DNA of 64,000 bases from Glycera tridactyla (lineage: Eukaryota), in contig OZ286462.1 of NCBI GenBank assembly GCA_965644265.1, positions 93,682,001 to 93,746,000 of the forward strand, given 5' to 3'. How positions within the stretch are numbered: position 1 is the first letter of the stretch; every line of letters begins with the position of its first letter. The position numbers were made by a program, and so were the translations under genes. The notes below the pieces were generated by a model. That model was given only the letters and a program-made list of their open reading frames with translations, was not told where the DNA came from and ran no database searches. This document shows, piece by piece, positions 43,501 through 53,900 of this stretch.

Positions 43501-46500
43501 CACGTGACAGTGAATAATAATAAAAATGCCTGTGATATGTTGAGTCTTGTATGTATAATGTATCGGCATAGGAACACTTTTGATTTGGTGTTATGTTTTA
43601 TCAAGAGATCAGAATTATGTCTGCAAAGTGTCCGTCCGCTACAAAAAAATACCATGGAATGACCCTGATCAATAACAGATGCAGGGTCCTTCTAAAAGTA
43701 ATAGTATGAATCAAAAAGAATAAAGGTCCACTCCAGATGACCTGTTGGTGCAATGAAGGGTGGGCAATGGGCTATCAGCGACGGGGAGTCATGGAGATAC
43801 ACTGCCATCAACAAGTACAGTCGAACAGGGGACCATCTCTCTATGAAGGCCATTGAAAGTGGTTTGTTTGTTTGTCTGTTTGGGTTTAACGTCCTTTCAA
43901 CCACCTTTGGTTATATCAGACTGAAAAACTGAAAATGCTGACAAAAAGAGGCACCACTGCCGGGGTCCGTCCCTACTCTTTGGAAAGACAGCAGTGGTTC
44001 TTTTACGTGTATACAGGAAAAGACTCCTATAAACACGGCCAGTCTTTGATATCCCAGTCGACATGCACTGGGTTAGATGCGACTGTATAAATACAACCCC
44101 TGATGAATTGGCTTGCAGTTTCCATTGGGTATATCGGTGGCGTGTACGATCATTGTTGGTCGGTATCTGGGAGCTGGTGAGGCAAGGAACGCTGTCACTG
44201 CGGCTAGGGTCGCCATCACCGTAGCTGGTAGGTGAAGATTTATTACATTATGCGTGGTGGGATTGGCTGATTGGTTGGTTGGTTGGTTGGTTGGTTGGTT
44301 GGTTGGTCACATGACTATGCCTGTGTCGGGTGTTTGATTGTTCGGTTGGTTGTCTGATGGCTAGTTGATGGCTGGTTGACTAGCTTGAATGCTCTTTGTT
44401 TATCTCCACTTGGTTGGTTGGTTGGTTGGCTGGTTAGTTGGTTTACTATCTGGTATGGTGATTGCTTGGCTGGTTGGCTGGCTGGTTGGCCACCTTGTGC
44501 TTTGGGTGTCCGTAATTGAATGAATGACCTGGCTAGTAGTTCTCCGAAGGACATTTCGCTACAGCGCGAATACAGGAAGTGGTACCGTTGTCTGAGCAAT
44601 AGAACACAGGTCCATTTATTTGACGGTAATTCGAAATTTCTCCCCAATTCGCCTGAAATTCAATCGGTTATCAATTGATATTCACTTAGAAAATACGTGG
44701 CATTTACTCCGATTTTGATCGACATCCCCCTGACATTTACTTGAATCATCATTTATTCGATGTATTTGCTTAAGGTATTCGCTTAACATTGACTCAGTGT
44801 TGACTTGGCATTCACTTTATACTCACCTAGAGTTTACATATTTACTTCCTTCAGCTCACCCAGATGCCGTAACCCAAACGAACTGTTAATATGCCCTTTT
44901 TCCATCAGAGACGGTACTGTTTTCACTTTGGGCTTCCCACCAATCTAGATATTACTATCGTTGATTTTACGGAGGTATTCGCCGTGATTTGACCATGTCA
45001 AACACACATGTTTCGTGAGCTACCATTTGTAAACGATCGCTATTGAATCATCAGAATTGAACTGAAATGCTTGAAAAACATGTGAAACGTGTGAGAAACA
45101 GTAGTGTTTGCGTGAAACGTTGCTAAATTCGGATATCGTAGATTACTGACTGTGTGAGATTGTTTGAAACGAAAAATATATTATTAAAAGCAACGTACGG
45201 CGGATAAATAGAGTGCCATTACCGGGGAAACCCCTCCGTGACGTCATAACAGCTAGCAAACATGGCGCACAGGGAAGAAGTTGCCATTCGATCGATAGTT
45301 CACTGTTTCTGGCAGATTCACACAATTTATACATGGGTTATACACAGATGGATATGAAAGACTTCATTTCATCACCAAGACGAGTCACAATGCGCATATC
45401 CACCGGTAAGTCGCTCCGTACTAGGGATGATGAAGTTTCTCACTGCTTGCCATTTAACATGTGAGCGCACGCAGTCCGAGTTCGACTTCATCCATCTGGC
45501 TAGTGTTCGGGAACGTTTGGCTAGTGGTCGGCTAGTGGTCGGCTAGTGGTCGTTCTCATTTGCATGCGGTCCGGTAATGTTCGGCCGATGTTCAACGATT
45601 GTCATCATCATCTCTCTCCCCCTATCTCCCTCCCTACCTCCCTCCCTACCCCTCCCTCCCTACCCCTCCCTCCCTCCCTCCCTCCCTACCTACGTACCTA
45701 CGTACCTACGTACCAACCAACCTACCTACCTTCCTACCTACCTACCTACCTACCTACCTTTTCCCCTTTTAAATTACCACCTCTCCACTGTAAATCGACG
45801 ACCATTCTTCTTTTTGAAGAACTTTCTTGTTTCTTTTCTTTTCAAGTGATTATGGGAGTCATCTTCGGCGGCCTGTTCATCCTTTTGAAAGATTCTCTCC
45901 CACGTCTTTTCAACGACGACGAGTGAGTACCCTATCCAGTGGTATTCCTATTAGAAATTAAAATCCTGAGATCGCCCAGAATACAATCAAATGTGATGGT
46001 TTCTATAGTTCTAGGATTCATAGGGTTTGTAAAGATATCACATATGATGCTTGTTAGTTTAGCGTCCTTTCGACTTTCCTCAGAATACATACGAAGCCAT
46101 GGGGCAGGCAGTCTCAAGTTAGTTATAGACAATTTTCTAAAGATTGCTTCATATAGCACCATAATACTTTATTGATCTCGATGTAATAAAGATAAGGGTC
46201 ACGTTTATATCTAATCAAGCACAACCAATCATGTGAACTACGCGGTATGTTACCGATGGCATATTCAAATGTTAGACCAGAACTAAAAAATTACCAAGGA
46301 ATCCAAATAATAATGATTGGAATAATATCCATGACATTCCAACTCATACCAACATCTATCTTCTAAAAGTGAATGTAGATATATGTTTTTACCCATGAAA
46401 AGATATAAGATATGGTATATACAGGCATGGTATTATTCGATCACATGTCTACTAACATCCAATAAGATTCGACAGTGTAGCAGTTTTTATTTCATTAGAG

Positions 46501-49254
46501 TGATCAATTAATGTTTCGACACATAGATGACGGAGTCCACTGTATATTGCAAGTTCGCCGAACTCAAGTACTGGGGGTTAGCAGAGAAGTGCATTTTTAC
46601 ATAATATTCGGTGGAACCTGTCTACAAAGAGCGCCCTTGGTCGCTTTGAATTGTGGTTTTGGTAGACAGGTGGTCGTCGCCGACTGGTGGTCTTTGTAAA
46701 TTACACAATCAATCAACGGTACCTCGAGGGCCAGCAGGTGATATTTTGTTGTCAGGAGAATCAACGAAGGACATATTGAGTGTCTTTTCCCCTAACTTGC
46801 TTTTCCAGAGATGTTCTAGAGCTGACGTCACAGGTGATACCACTGCTTGGAGTCTATACCGTGTTCGACGGCATCGCAGTATGTAGTACTCCTCCTCCCC
46901 TCTTCTTCTTCTTCTTCTTCTTCTTCTTCCCCTTCTTCTTCTTCTTCTTCTTCTTCCCTCTTCTTCTTTCCTTCCCCTCTTTTGCTCCTTCTTAGTCTTC
47001 GTATTATCTTATTTCACCTTCTCTTCCCACCCTCTTCTCTCCTTATCATTCCTCTCCAGTATATACGTTTTCGCCTTCAGTTTTTGACTCTTCTCTAATC
47101 CCTAACCACAATCACCACCACAATCACCGCTACCATCACCACTATCATCACGACCACTGTCACTACAATAATAACCCCACTACCAGAAGCTCTATTACCG
47201 ACACGACGAAGACGACGACGACGACCACCACCACAGCCATCATCACTGCCATCACCATAAAAACCACCACAACCACCACGACCATGAAAACCACCACCAC
47301 TAACATCACCACCACCACCACTAACATCACCACCACCACCACTACCATCACAATAACAACCCCACTACCACAAGCAGCATCATCACCACCACCACCACTT
47401 CATTATCATCATTTTGAAAACCTCCAGAATACATTTGTTAGTGGATGTTGTTTTAGTGTGTATGTGGCGGTGCTCTGCGTGGCGGAGGGAAGATGTATAT
47501 CGGTGCCATTGTGATCTCTGTAGGCTATCTGATCGGTATGGGGGTTGGCCTGCCTCTCATGATGCTCACATCTCTCGGCATCACAGGTGGGTGTTCCGCA
47601 TCACTACTACCGCACTACTCTCGAATCACTACCGCAATATTTTTTCTTCACTACCACACCATTTTCCCATCGCTAGCGCAACATTTTTGCTTCAATGGCA
47701 CACCATTTTCCCATCGCTTGTGTAACATTTTCGCTTCACTGGCACACCATTCTTGCAATACTACCCCTACATTTTTGCTCCACTATCACACCATTCTTGC
47801 ATCACTACCACATTTTCACTTCACTAACACACTGTTCTTGCATCACTACTGCAACATTTTGCTTCACTTCCACACCATTCTTGCATCACAACCGCAACAT
47901 TTTTGCATCACTACCACACAATTCTTGCATCACAACCGCAACATTTTCGCTTCACTAACACACCATTCTTGCATCACGACCGCATCATTTTTGCTTGGCA
48001 ACCACACCATTCTTGCATCACTACCACAACATTTTTGCATCACTTCCACACCATTCTTTCATCACTACCACAATATTTTTGCTTCACTAACACACCATTT
48101 TGCATCACTTCCACAACATTTTTGCTACACTAACACACCATTTAGCATCACTTCCACACCATTCTTGCATCACTACTACAACATTTTTGCTTCACTACCG
48201 CAACATTCTTGCCTCACTATAACACCATTCTTGCATCACTACCACACCATTCTTCCATCACTACTGCATTCTTCTTCGTATGCTAGTGATGATCAATGGA
48301 TGACACCTTGCCTTTGCTGAAGATGACGTCAACAGATCGGCCCTTGGTAAGCACAATATAGATAGGTCAACAAACCATCTTGCGGTGTGCTGAATTTTAA
48401 GGGGATGGATCACCTCTTGGAATGCCGAAGGTTGGGCTGCAGTTAAGGCCGATAGGTCATCCCTCGGTATGTTGAAGGTGAGGTCCATCTTAATGATATA
48501 TGTGATATACTGGGTTGTGTTGCAGGCCTGTGGTCAAGCTTAGCCGTGACCATTATAATAGACAGCTGTGTATTGCTGGCGTTAATCCATCAATTCAACT
48601 GGAACAACCTTGTGGATGAGGTGATGTATATTCTCTCGTTATCACCTATCACTCTCAATTAACGGCCATCACCACCGCCATCACCACAATCACCATCACT
48701 ACCGCTACCACCAGCAACACTACCACCACTACCACAACCACCGCCACCACCATGGCTTACACACCACCACCACCGGCAACTACCACCATTATCACAACTG
48801 CCACCGCCACAATCACCACCACCACCATGGCATTACAACACCACCACCATCATGACCAGCAACTACCATCACCATCATCCCTTCATCCGAATTACCTTCA
48901 ATCACCTTCACCATCATCACAACCATTATCATTAGCCCAACTACGACCACATCACCACTACAATCACCATCACCACCAACAACCACCACCTTCACAACTA
49001 CCACCAATCGCTAACACCACCACTAGCAACACCACCGCTGCCATCACCGTCACCGCCTCCACACTACCACTACCACCACCGCCTTCCTATCCCATTTGGA
49101 AGAACACTACGATTGTCCCCTCCAATACAAGCATTCAACGACTTGTCGATTGTTTTCCAGGCCAGACAGCGTACCCACCCAGACACCATTTTTGAGGGAG
49201 ATGAGGACGAGGAGGCGCCTCTCCTTCCCAATAAAACACATAATCCCCGCAGAG
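21842..49254 (+). CDS. SLC47A: SLC47A/MATE-family multidrug and toxin extrusion transporter (18 exons reconstructed; 3' end unresolved)
   Basis: Phase-compatible GT-AG exons: 21842-21935, 29856-29971, 31292-31393, 31995-32063, 33000-33048, 33480-33579, 36304-36346, 36966-37010, 37750-37847, 38341-38438, 39654-39764, 40514-40581, 44119-44227, 45847-45922, 46809-46878, 47457-47586, 48526-48620, 49161-49254. MATE motifs LELDAVALA, NVTGISVALGLSSACDTLFSQ, VPSMLMICIEWWAFEVG, LAAQSII, GRYLGAG, GGALRG.GK..IGA, GLW. Confidence 0.92.
29856..29971 (+). CDS. SLC47A: MATE exon (..LFPGGFTFHLKALFVIGWPI)
   Basis: Acceptor tttcag, donor |gtgagt; matches the N-terminal L+AL..LA.P segment of MATE1. Confidence 0.8.
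30200..30880. repeat. Tandem duplication of a ~345-bp unit
   Basis: ACACAAGTGGTCTGCCCC...GAGATCAGTCAAAACAG occurs at about 30200-30545 and 30546-30880. Confidence 0.9.
31117..31183. repeat. (ATC)n microsatellite
   Basis: Direct reading. Confidence 0.95.
31292..31393 (+). CDS. SLC47A: MATE exon (TIIQITEYLFAGVALIFTGQIGTLELDAVALANS)
   Basis: 102 nt, phase 0/0, GT-AG. Confidence 0.92.
31508..31610. repeat. (GT)n microsatellite in MATE intron
   Basis: Direct reading. Confidence 0.95.
31995..32063 (+). CDS. SLC47A: MATE exon (VMNVTGISVALGLSSACDTLFSQ)
   Basis: 69 nt, hallmark MATE motif, GT-AG. Confidence 0.95.
33000..33048 (+). CDS. SLC47A: MATE exon (FFGSDNKKLTGTVLQK)
   Basis: 49 nt, ttgcag|...|gtaagt. 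Confidence 0.9.
33130..33210. repeat. (CA)n microsatellite in MATE intron
   Basis: Direct reading. Confidence 0.95.
33480..33579 (+). CDS. SLC47A: MATE exon (SLLIMFLACLPCLAIQLNTESLLVLVRQDKDVA)
   Basis: 100 nt, phase 1/2, GT-AG. Confidence 0.92.
33641..33818. mobile_element. MITE family A copy in MATE intron
   Basis: Same TIRs and TA flanks, 61 bp after the exon ending at 33579. Confidence 0.85.
34660..36260. repeat. 26-bp minisatellite, ~60 units, two variant domains
   Basis: Left units GCAGGGGATACTCACATGTCCTGTTT; right units GCAGGGAACACCCACGTGTCCTGTTT. Confidence 0.95.
36304..36346 (+). CDS. SLC47A: MATE exon (MAGHYMLICMPGVM)
   Basis: 43 nt, phase 2/0, GT-AG. Confidence 0.88.
36966..37010 (+). 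CDS. SLC47A: MATE exon (FFFIYCPIVKFLQSQ)
   Basis: 45 nt, KFLQSQ motif, donor gtaaga. Confidence 0.9.
37750..37847 (+). CDS. SLC47A: MATE exon (NIVYPSMIFGLVSIAINILLHYIFLWILHMGI)
   Basis: 98 nt, GT-AG. Confidence 0.92.
38341..38438 (+). CDS. SLC47A: MATE exon (GSALAQTISYTVMCLLNVAYILITGVHKPVWT)
   Basis: 98 nt, GT-AG. Confidence 0.92.
39031..39288. repeat. 128-bp tandem duplication
   Basis: TTACAATGAAGTAATCAC...ATATTGGGGA repeated at 39031 and 39159. Confidence 0.9.
39654..39764 (+). CDS. SLC47A: MATE exon (GWSTAIFYDWGPFMMAVPSMLMICIEWWAFEVGVLLA)
   Basis: 111 nt; conserved EWW.FE motif. Confidence 0.95.
40130..40310 (-). mobile_element. SINE family copy (diverged)
   Basis: GAAAATGCTGA..GGCACTGCTGCCGGG..AAAGACAGCAGTGGTTCTT shared with the other copies. 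Confidence 0.55.
40514..40581 (+). CDS. SLC47A: MATE exon (GALGTTSLAAQSIILQFDNIWYS)
   Basis: 68 nt, donor gtaagt. Confidence 0.93.
41121..43665. mobile_element. Non-autonomous DNA transposon, 18-bp perfect TIRs, 4-bp TSD TGAT (Sola2-like by inference)
   Basis: TGAT|GGGTCATTCCATGGTATT (41121-41138) ... AATACCATGGAATGACCC|TGAT (43648-43665). AT-rich interior with diverged ~370-bp direct repeats (about 42620-43400). No transposase ORF seen. Confidence 0.8.
43863..44080 (-). mobile_element. SINE family copy in MATE intron
   Basis: High similarity to 2535-2728 including the (AAAC)n tail. Confidence 0.65.
44119..44227 (+). CDS. SLC47A: MATE exon (FPLGISVACTIIVGRYLGAGEARNAVTAARVAITVA)
   Basis: 109 nt, VG..LGAG motif. 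Confidence 0.93.
45847..45922 (+). CDS. SLC47A: MATE exon (VIMGVIFGGLFILLKDSLPRLFNDD)
   Basis: 76 nt, donor gtgagt. Confidence 0.9.
46809..46878 (+). CDS. SLC47A: MATE exon (DVLELTSQVIPLLGVYTVFDGIA)
   Basis: 70 nt, GT-AG. Confidence 0.92.
47457..47586 (+). CDS. SLC47A: MATE exon (CVCGGALRGGGKMYIGAIVISVGYLIGMGVGLPLMMLTSLGIT)
   Basis: 130 nt, GG.LRG.G motif. Confidence 0.93.
47630..48270. repeat. ~22-bp minisatellite with alternating variants
   Basis: CATCACTACCACACCATTCTTG / CATCACTACCGCAACATTTTTG units. Confidence 0.88.
48526..48620 (+). CDS. SLC47A: MATE exon (GLWSSLAVTIIIDSCVLLALIHQFNWNNLVDE)
   Basis: 95 nt, GLW...NW motif. Confidence 0.92.
49161..49254 (+). CDS. SLC47A: MATE exon, cytosolic C-terminal loop (ARQRTHPDTIFEGDEDEEAPLLPNKTHNPRR)
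   Basis: 94 nt, ttccag|...G|gtaagg, phase 0/1; acidic dileucine-like EEAPLL motif. Confidence 0.75.
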
Positions 49255-49300
49255 GTAAGGACCCGTGGATGGAAGAGGCAAAGGCATAATTCATAATATA

Positions 49301-49494
49301 CAGTCGAACCTGCTCTAAAGACCACCTCTCTATAAAGACCACCTCTCTATAAAGACCACCTCTCTATAAAGACCACATGAGCTGCGACCGTGGTAGTATT
49401 TTCAACACTAAATGACCTCTCTATAAAGACCACCTGCCCATAAAGACCGCTTTTTGATGCGACCGAAGGCGGTCTCTATAGACAGGTTCAACTG
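49301..49494. mobile_element. MITE family A copy
   Basis: Same TIRs and TA flanks; extra AAAGACCACCTCTCTAT unit. Confidence 0.85.
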
Positions 49495-50086
49495 TACCTG
49501 CCTTATTCATGCTAGTTCAGGATCTATTGAATACTCAGAAGGGGTACACAGAGGTACGTATCTGGTTGGTTCCAACATTTAGTAGAAACTTGTATTGAGA
49601 ACGTGTATTCATACGCCTATGGGGAAGTTGCTCTTCTCTAAGTAAACAGGTTCATAAGGTTATCCTAAATGAGTCGGTGAGTGAAATCCCTGACACTCTA
49701 ACTTCAATCCCATCATCTCAAAAACGAGCAGTTGATCCTATACTGGTATTTTGAGAGAGAGAGAGAGGAGACGAAATATAGTGCCATAGCAAGGCAGCAT
49801 GGGCCTATCTCAACTTTCTCTTTGAAGACTGCTTCTGTGGGAAGCTCACCAATCAATTATTGAACAGATAGGAATTTATTCTAGGCCCAATGGCCCTCAT
49901 TCCTCCGCTGGGTGTCATCTCAATCATGAAACTAAAAAGCGAGTAAAATATGGGGAAGGTATTTGGTACATTGATCGGACGAGCCGGGGAACCCAGTGTC
50001 GTTACTTCCAAATGTAGGTTTATCGGGGATTTGATGGTATGTTCCATTCCATGAGTATTTACACGCCCTGTGTTCTATATCTGTGA

Positions 50087-50255
50087 TTTGTTTGTTTGTT
50101 TGTTTGTTTGTTTGAGTTTAACATCACTTGATCCCGCTTGGGTTATATCGGAGTGAAAACAATGAAAATGCTGAAAAAAAGAGTCACTGCCTGCCGGGGG
50201 CCGTCCCTACTCTTTGCAAAAGACAGCAGTGGATCTTTAACGTGCGTAAAGGAAT
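50087..50255 (-). mobile_element. SINE family copy, truncated at the palindrome
   Basis: Tail and body match the family up to ACGTGCGT; the remainder is absent. Confidence 0.6.
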
Positions 50256-50257
50256 AT

Positions 50258-50408
50258 AGCAAGACTAAATGGCCGTGAAGTAATAACGCATTACCAAACG
50301 AGGTCCGCATTTCGCCGAATGTCACGAGGCCGAAGGCCGAGTGACATTCGGCGAAATGCGGACCGAGTTTGGTAATGTGTTATTACTTCACAGCCATTTA
50401 GTCTTGCT
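50258..50408. repeat. 151-bp near-perfect palindrome (68-bp arms, 4 mismatches, 15-nt loop)
   Basis: AGCAAGACTAAATGGCCGTGAAGTAATAAC...GAATGTCAC | GAGGCCGAAGGCCGA | GTGACATTC...GTTATTACTTCACAGCCATTTAGTCTTGCT. Confidence 0.92.
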
Positions 50409-50667
50409 TTTATCACATGGATTCGGTGATGAAATGTGTTCTGGAAAGGATTTGTTAAAGAAAAACATGGAAGATCTCCGGACGTCTGGCGGCCAACAAC
50501 GACAATGCGTAGTAATACAAATTGCTGCGTCAGAAGGTCGGGAGCTGCCTCGAACAATAAAATCAAACTTACCAGGTGAAGAGTCACGTGAAAGAAGGAT
50601 ATTTGGTAGGAATATGTTATTTTGAGAGATTTCCGTTAGCCTTAAACATTCGTAGGACACGGGAAAT

Positions 50668-50720
50668 GGGCGTCCGAGCAGTCACTGCCGCAGTGTGGCG
50701 CCACCACCGCACCGGCACCT
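50668..50720 (+). repeat. Left imperfect terminal inverted repeat of ISL2EU element
   Basis: GGGCGTCCGAGCA...TGGCG...CACCGGCACCT aligns in three blocks with the reverse complement of 63679-63734, with a ~3-nt indel. Confidence 0.82.
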
Positions 50721-50824
50721 CTCCCGCGCAGGCTGAGATACTACAAACGTAAACAACTGCTAACAACTCATAGATACTCATCGAGCTATTTTAAGCCACT
50801 CAACAACATCACCCAGACACAGGC

Positions 50825-50922
50825 ATGGATAGGTACGATGGCTGGTGTGTGCCGGAGTTGAAAGGTGAATTGAAGAAGCGAGGGGCTAAGACTTCAGGTC
50901 GGAAGAAGGAATTGATTGAGAG
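50825..50922 (+). CDS. YqaJ gene exon 1 (SAP domain)
   Basis: ATG at 50825; W..PELK.EL..RG..TSG.K.ELI.R pattern; donor AG|gtgagt. Confidence 0.85.
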
Positions 50923-53900
50923 GTGAGTTTGTCAGGAGGTGGGCGATATTATGGTGCTTTACTGCTATGTGTGATAGGATCTCAACAGAGAGTAGAAGGG
51001 GCTGTTTCCCACCTCGAAATAGACCGATGCAGCCCATGAACAGATGAGCCAATTGCCGGATGCGCCTGTGCCCCAAGAGGGGCAGGTAATATTTTGAATG
51101 AATGGGAGGGGGGGGGGGACAAGAGCTTCTTGACAGGAGACAGCCTGCTTCCAGCCTGAGGGACCACTGTTTGAGAGCCTATAGTCGAATATACCTCTGA
51201 CTAAAGACCACTTGTTTCATGAGACTGGTTTTAGTGATATCTAGGATGGTATCTCTTCACAGATTTCACTGTGTCCCTGCATTGTTTTATACAGTGGAAC
51301 CTCCTGCAACTAGACCACAGGCACATCACCAAAATGTGGTCTCTCATCAGAGGTATTTTTGACAATGTCAAATAGGTAGTCTCTTATCAGAGGTACATTG
51401 GACTATATATCAAATAGGGATGCCACACTGTGAAAATGATCTCATGTCAGATGTGGTCTCTAGTTATCCCCCCCCCCCCCCCACTGAAGGTGGGAGGGGG
51501 GAGGGCATACTGGATTCAGTCTGATTTTGTTCACATGGGATAGAATGGAAGGTTCAAATCACTCATGACTGTTGCATGAATAGCTATTCGAAATATGATT
51601 CTATTTGGACTCCTACATTGTGTTTTACCAAACTGTTTGGCCTAGAAAACTATCAAAATTCTCACAAGCCCTTTTTGTTGAAGTAAGCATCCATCTCCTG
51701 TTTCCAATCTGGGTGTTTACCCCGCCCCCCTTGCAAGGTCAGTCTGCCAGATTGAAACCTCTGGTCAGCCTGATCAAGTTGCAGGTTGTATTGTACCAAC
51801 AGCAGAGATGCTAATTGATTGACAATGGGGGGGGGGGGGGGAACAAACATGCCACAGTAGATTTACAGGATGTTTGAGATGTGTTATCAATTGCCTTCTA
51901 TCCAGACATATCCTCCTCAAGAACACATTAAACCTCTTGAGGATAATCTCAGCTGCATATTAGCAAATACACAGCTTTTCTGATTTGTGTTTTGGGATTC
52001 ATATTTTACTGTTGATCATGCTGTCTCAGAAGTGGTACAGTAAAACTTATCTTACGAGACCGCCCCAAAGGCTAATGAAAAGTGGTCTCTCAAGACAGGT
52101 GATCTCTCATTGAGTGTATATTTGACTATGTCAAATAGAGAATAGCCGATAAAGAGCGGTCTATCATTAGAGGGTGGTCTCCCAAAAGAGGGGTATCCCA
52201 AGACAGGTTTCACTGTATTGTGTCTCATCTCATGTCAACAAAAGATGACCAATAAACCTCTTGCATTTGGAATATATCCTGTGTCTCAGTTCTTAATTTT
52301 TAACAGGGTCCCAATCGAATGTTTCATCCTGCTGTTCGTTTTTTCAGGCTTGAAGCTTATGACCGCAATGCTGATTTTGGGGCCGAATCCACTTCAGCTG
52401 AGAGTGTTTGGGTCATGAAGACTGTTGACCCAATTTTATACAAAGATGTGACAGCCAGCAGCGTGCTCCCTCCTCTGAGTGAATGCACCATCAGTGACTA
52501 CCTGAAGCCACTGCATACCAGGCTGGGACGAGTTTGCCGTGAACTTTATGATGAAAGGTGAGATATCGTGGTTTGCTGAGACTTGAGTTCTTGAGAATCA
52601 TCAAGCGTGGATTGGATTGCCATTTTGGAGAATGCAAGTAATCATTGAGAAGCTTGATTTTTTGGAGAATGCTTGAATTTTAACTGACATTGCCAAGGGA
52701 TCACACATTCATTGTATACGGTATTTAGTGATATATGTATGGATGATGACAGGACATATTTCCTGAACAGTCGGATCTATCGATACGCATATGTACATTG
52801 AAAACAAGAGACTGTACAGATTCAAATTTTGTTAAATCTCCTGTATGGTGGACATTCATGCAAGTCAATGTAGCTAATGAATTTTTGCACTGCTAGCGAG
52901 TGTGTAGTGGTGATAATCAGAAGTAATGATGGCTATGAGAAGGTTCAATTACCAGTGACTCGGCTGTGTGCTTCAGATCTCAAAATAGTCGGGAAAAATG
53001 TGTCCTATGCCCCTTTACAGCATGTTGATGTAAGTACATGTAATTGCAGTTTTTAAGGTTAAAACGACAGAGTGAAATGATTGTCTTAGTCATGAACAGA
53101 GTGCTTGATAAATGCTTATTCTCTGAATTTCTGTATGAGCACTAGATTTCAGAGATATCTACACGTGCAATCAAAAATTGTATTAGGCAGCCGTCCTCAA
53201 TACTAACATACAGTGAAATCTGCAATGAGAGACCCCTTGATGGGAGACCACCTCTTTGTGGAGACCGCTTTTTTTCAGGGCAGCATTTCTATGTGACATA
53301 GTCAAATATTCCTCCAAAGAGAGACCACCTCATTTGGGAGACCGCTTCTGTTGACATTAAGGGTGGTCTCTTACTGCAGGTTTCACTGTATGCCATCAAT
53401 ATGTTCCGTATCTTCATGTTGAGTATGTATAAGTGTGTCTGATTTTTCAGCTACTTCCACATGAAATAGGTGTTTCTAGTTATGGCACATATCCCTCGTC
53501 ACACTGGGATTATTCCATTCAAAAAAAGGGTGGATGAACAGATTCATACAATGCCCCCTAAATCAACAAAAAATTTGCACTATGCCATGTTGAGTGTACC
53601 CATTTTGGAACATTTTTTGAAGAAATGCCCCATTTTCTCAAATTTAAGGGGCCAATGCCCCCATTTCAGAAAATCCTGGATGCACACCCTTGAAAACTAC
53701 CCCCCCCCCCCCCCGCACTCATCTCTGAATTATTAGCTACTTCCTTACCCCACTTCCCTCCCCCAAAAATTGAATATGTTTAGACCCCCCCCCCCATCAT
53801 TAAAATTAAATAGAATGACCTACACCAAATCCTGCATTCACCTGTAATTCAGTAAGAGGTTGGTTAGTTTTTGGTGTGTCAGGTTACAGCATCCTATTCA

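Noticed and set aside
47587-48320. 275-aa ORF extending the MATE exon at 47457
   Set aside because: The real exon ends at the G|gtgggt donor (47586); the His/Thr-rich extension is the 22-bp minisatellite.
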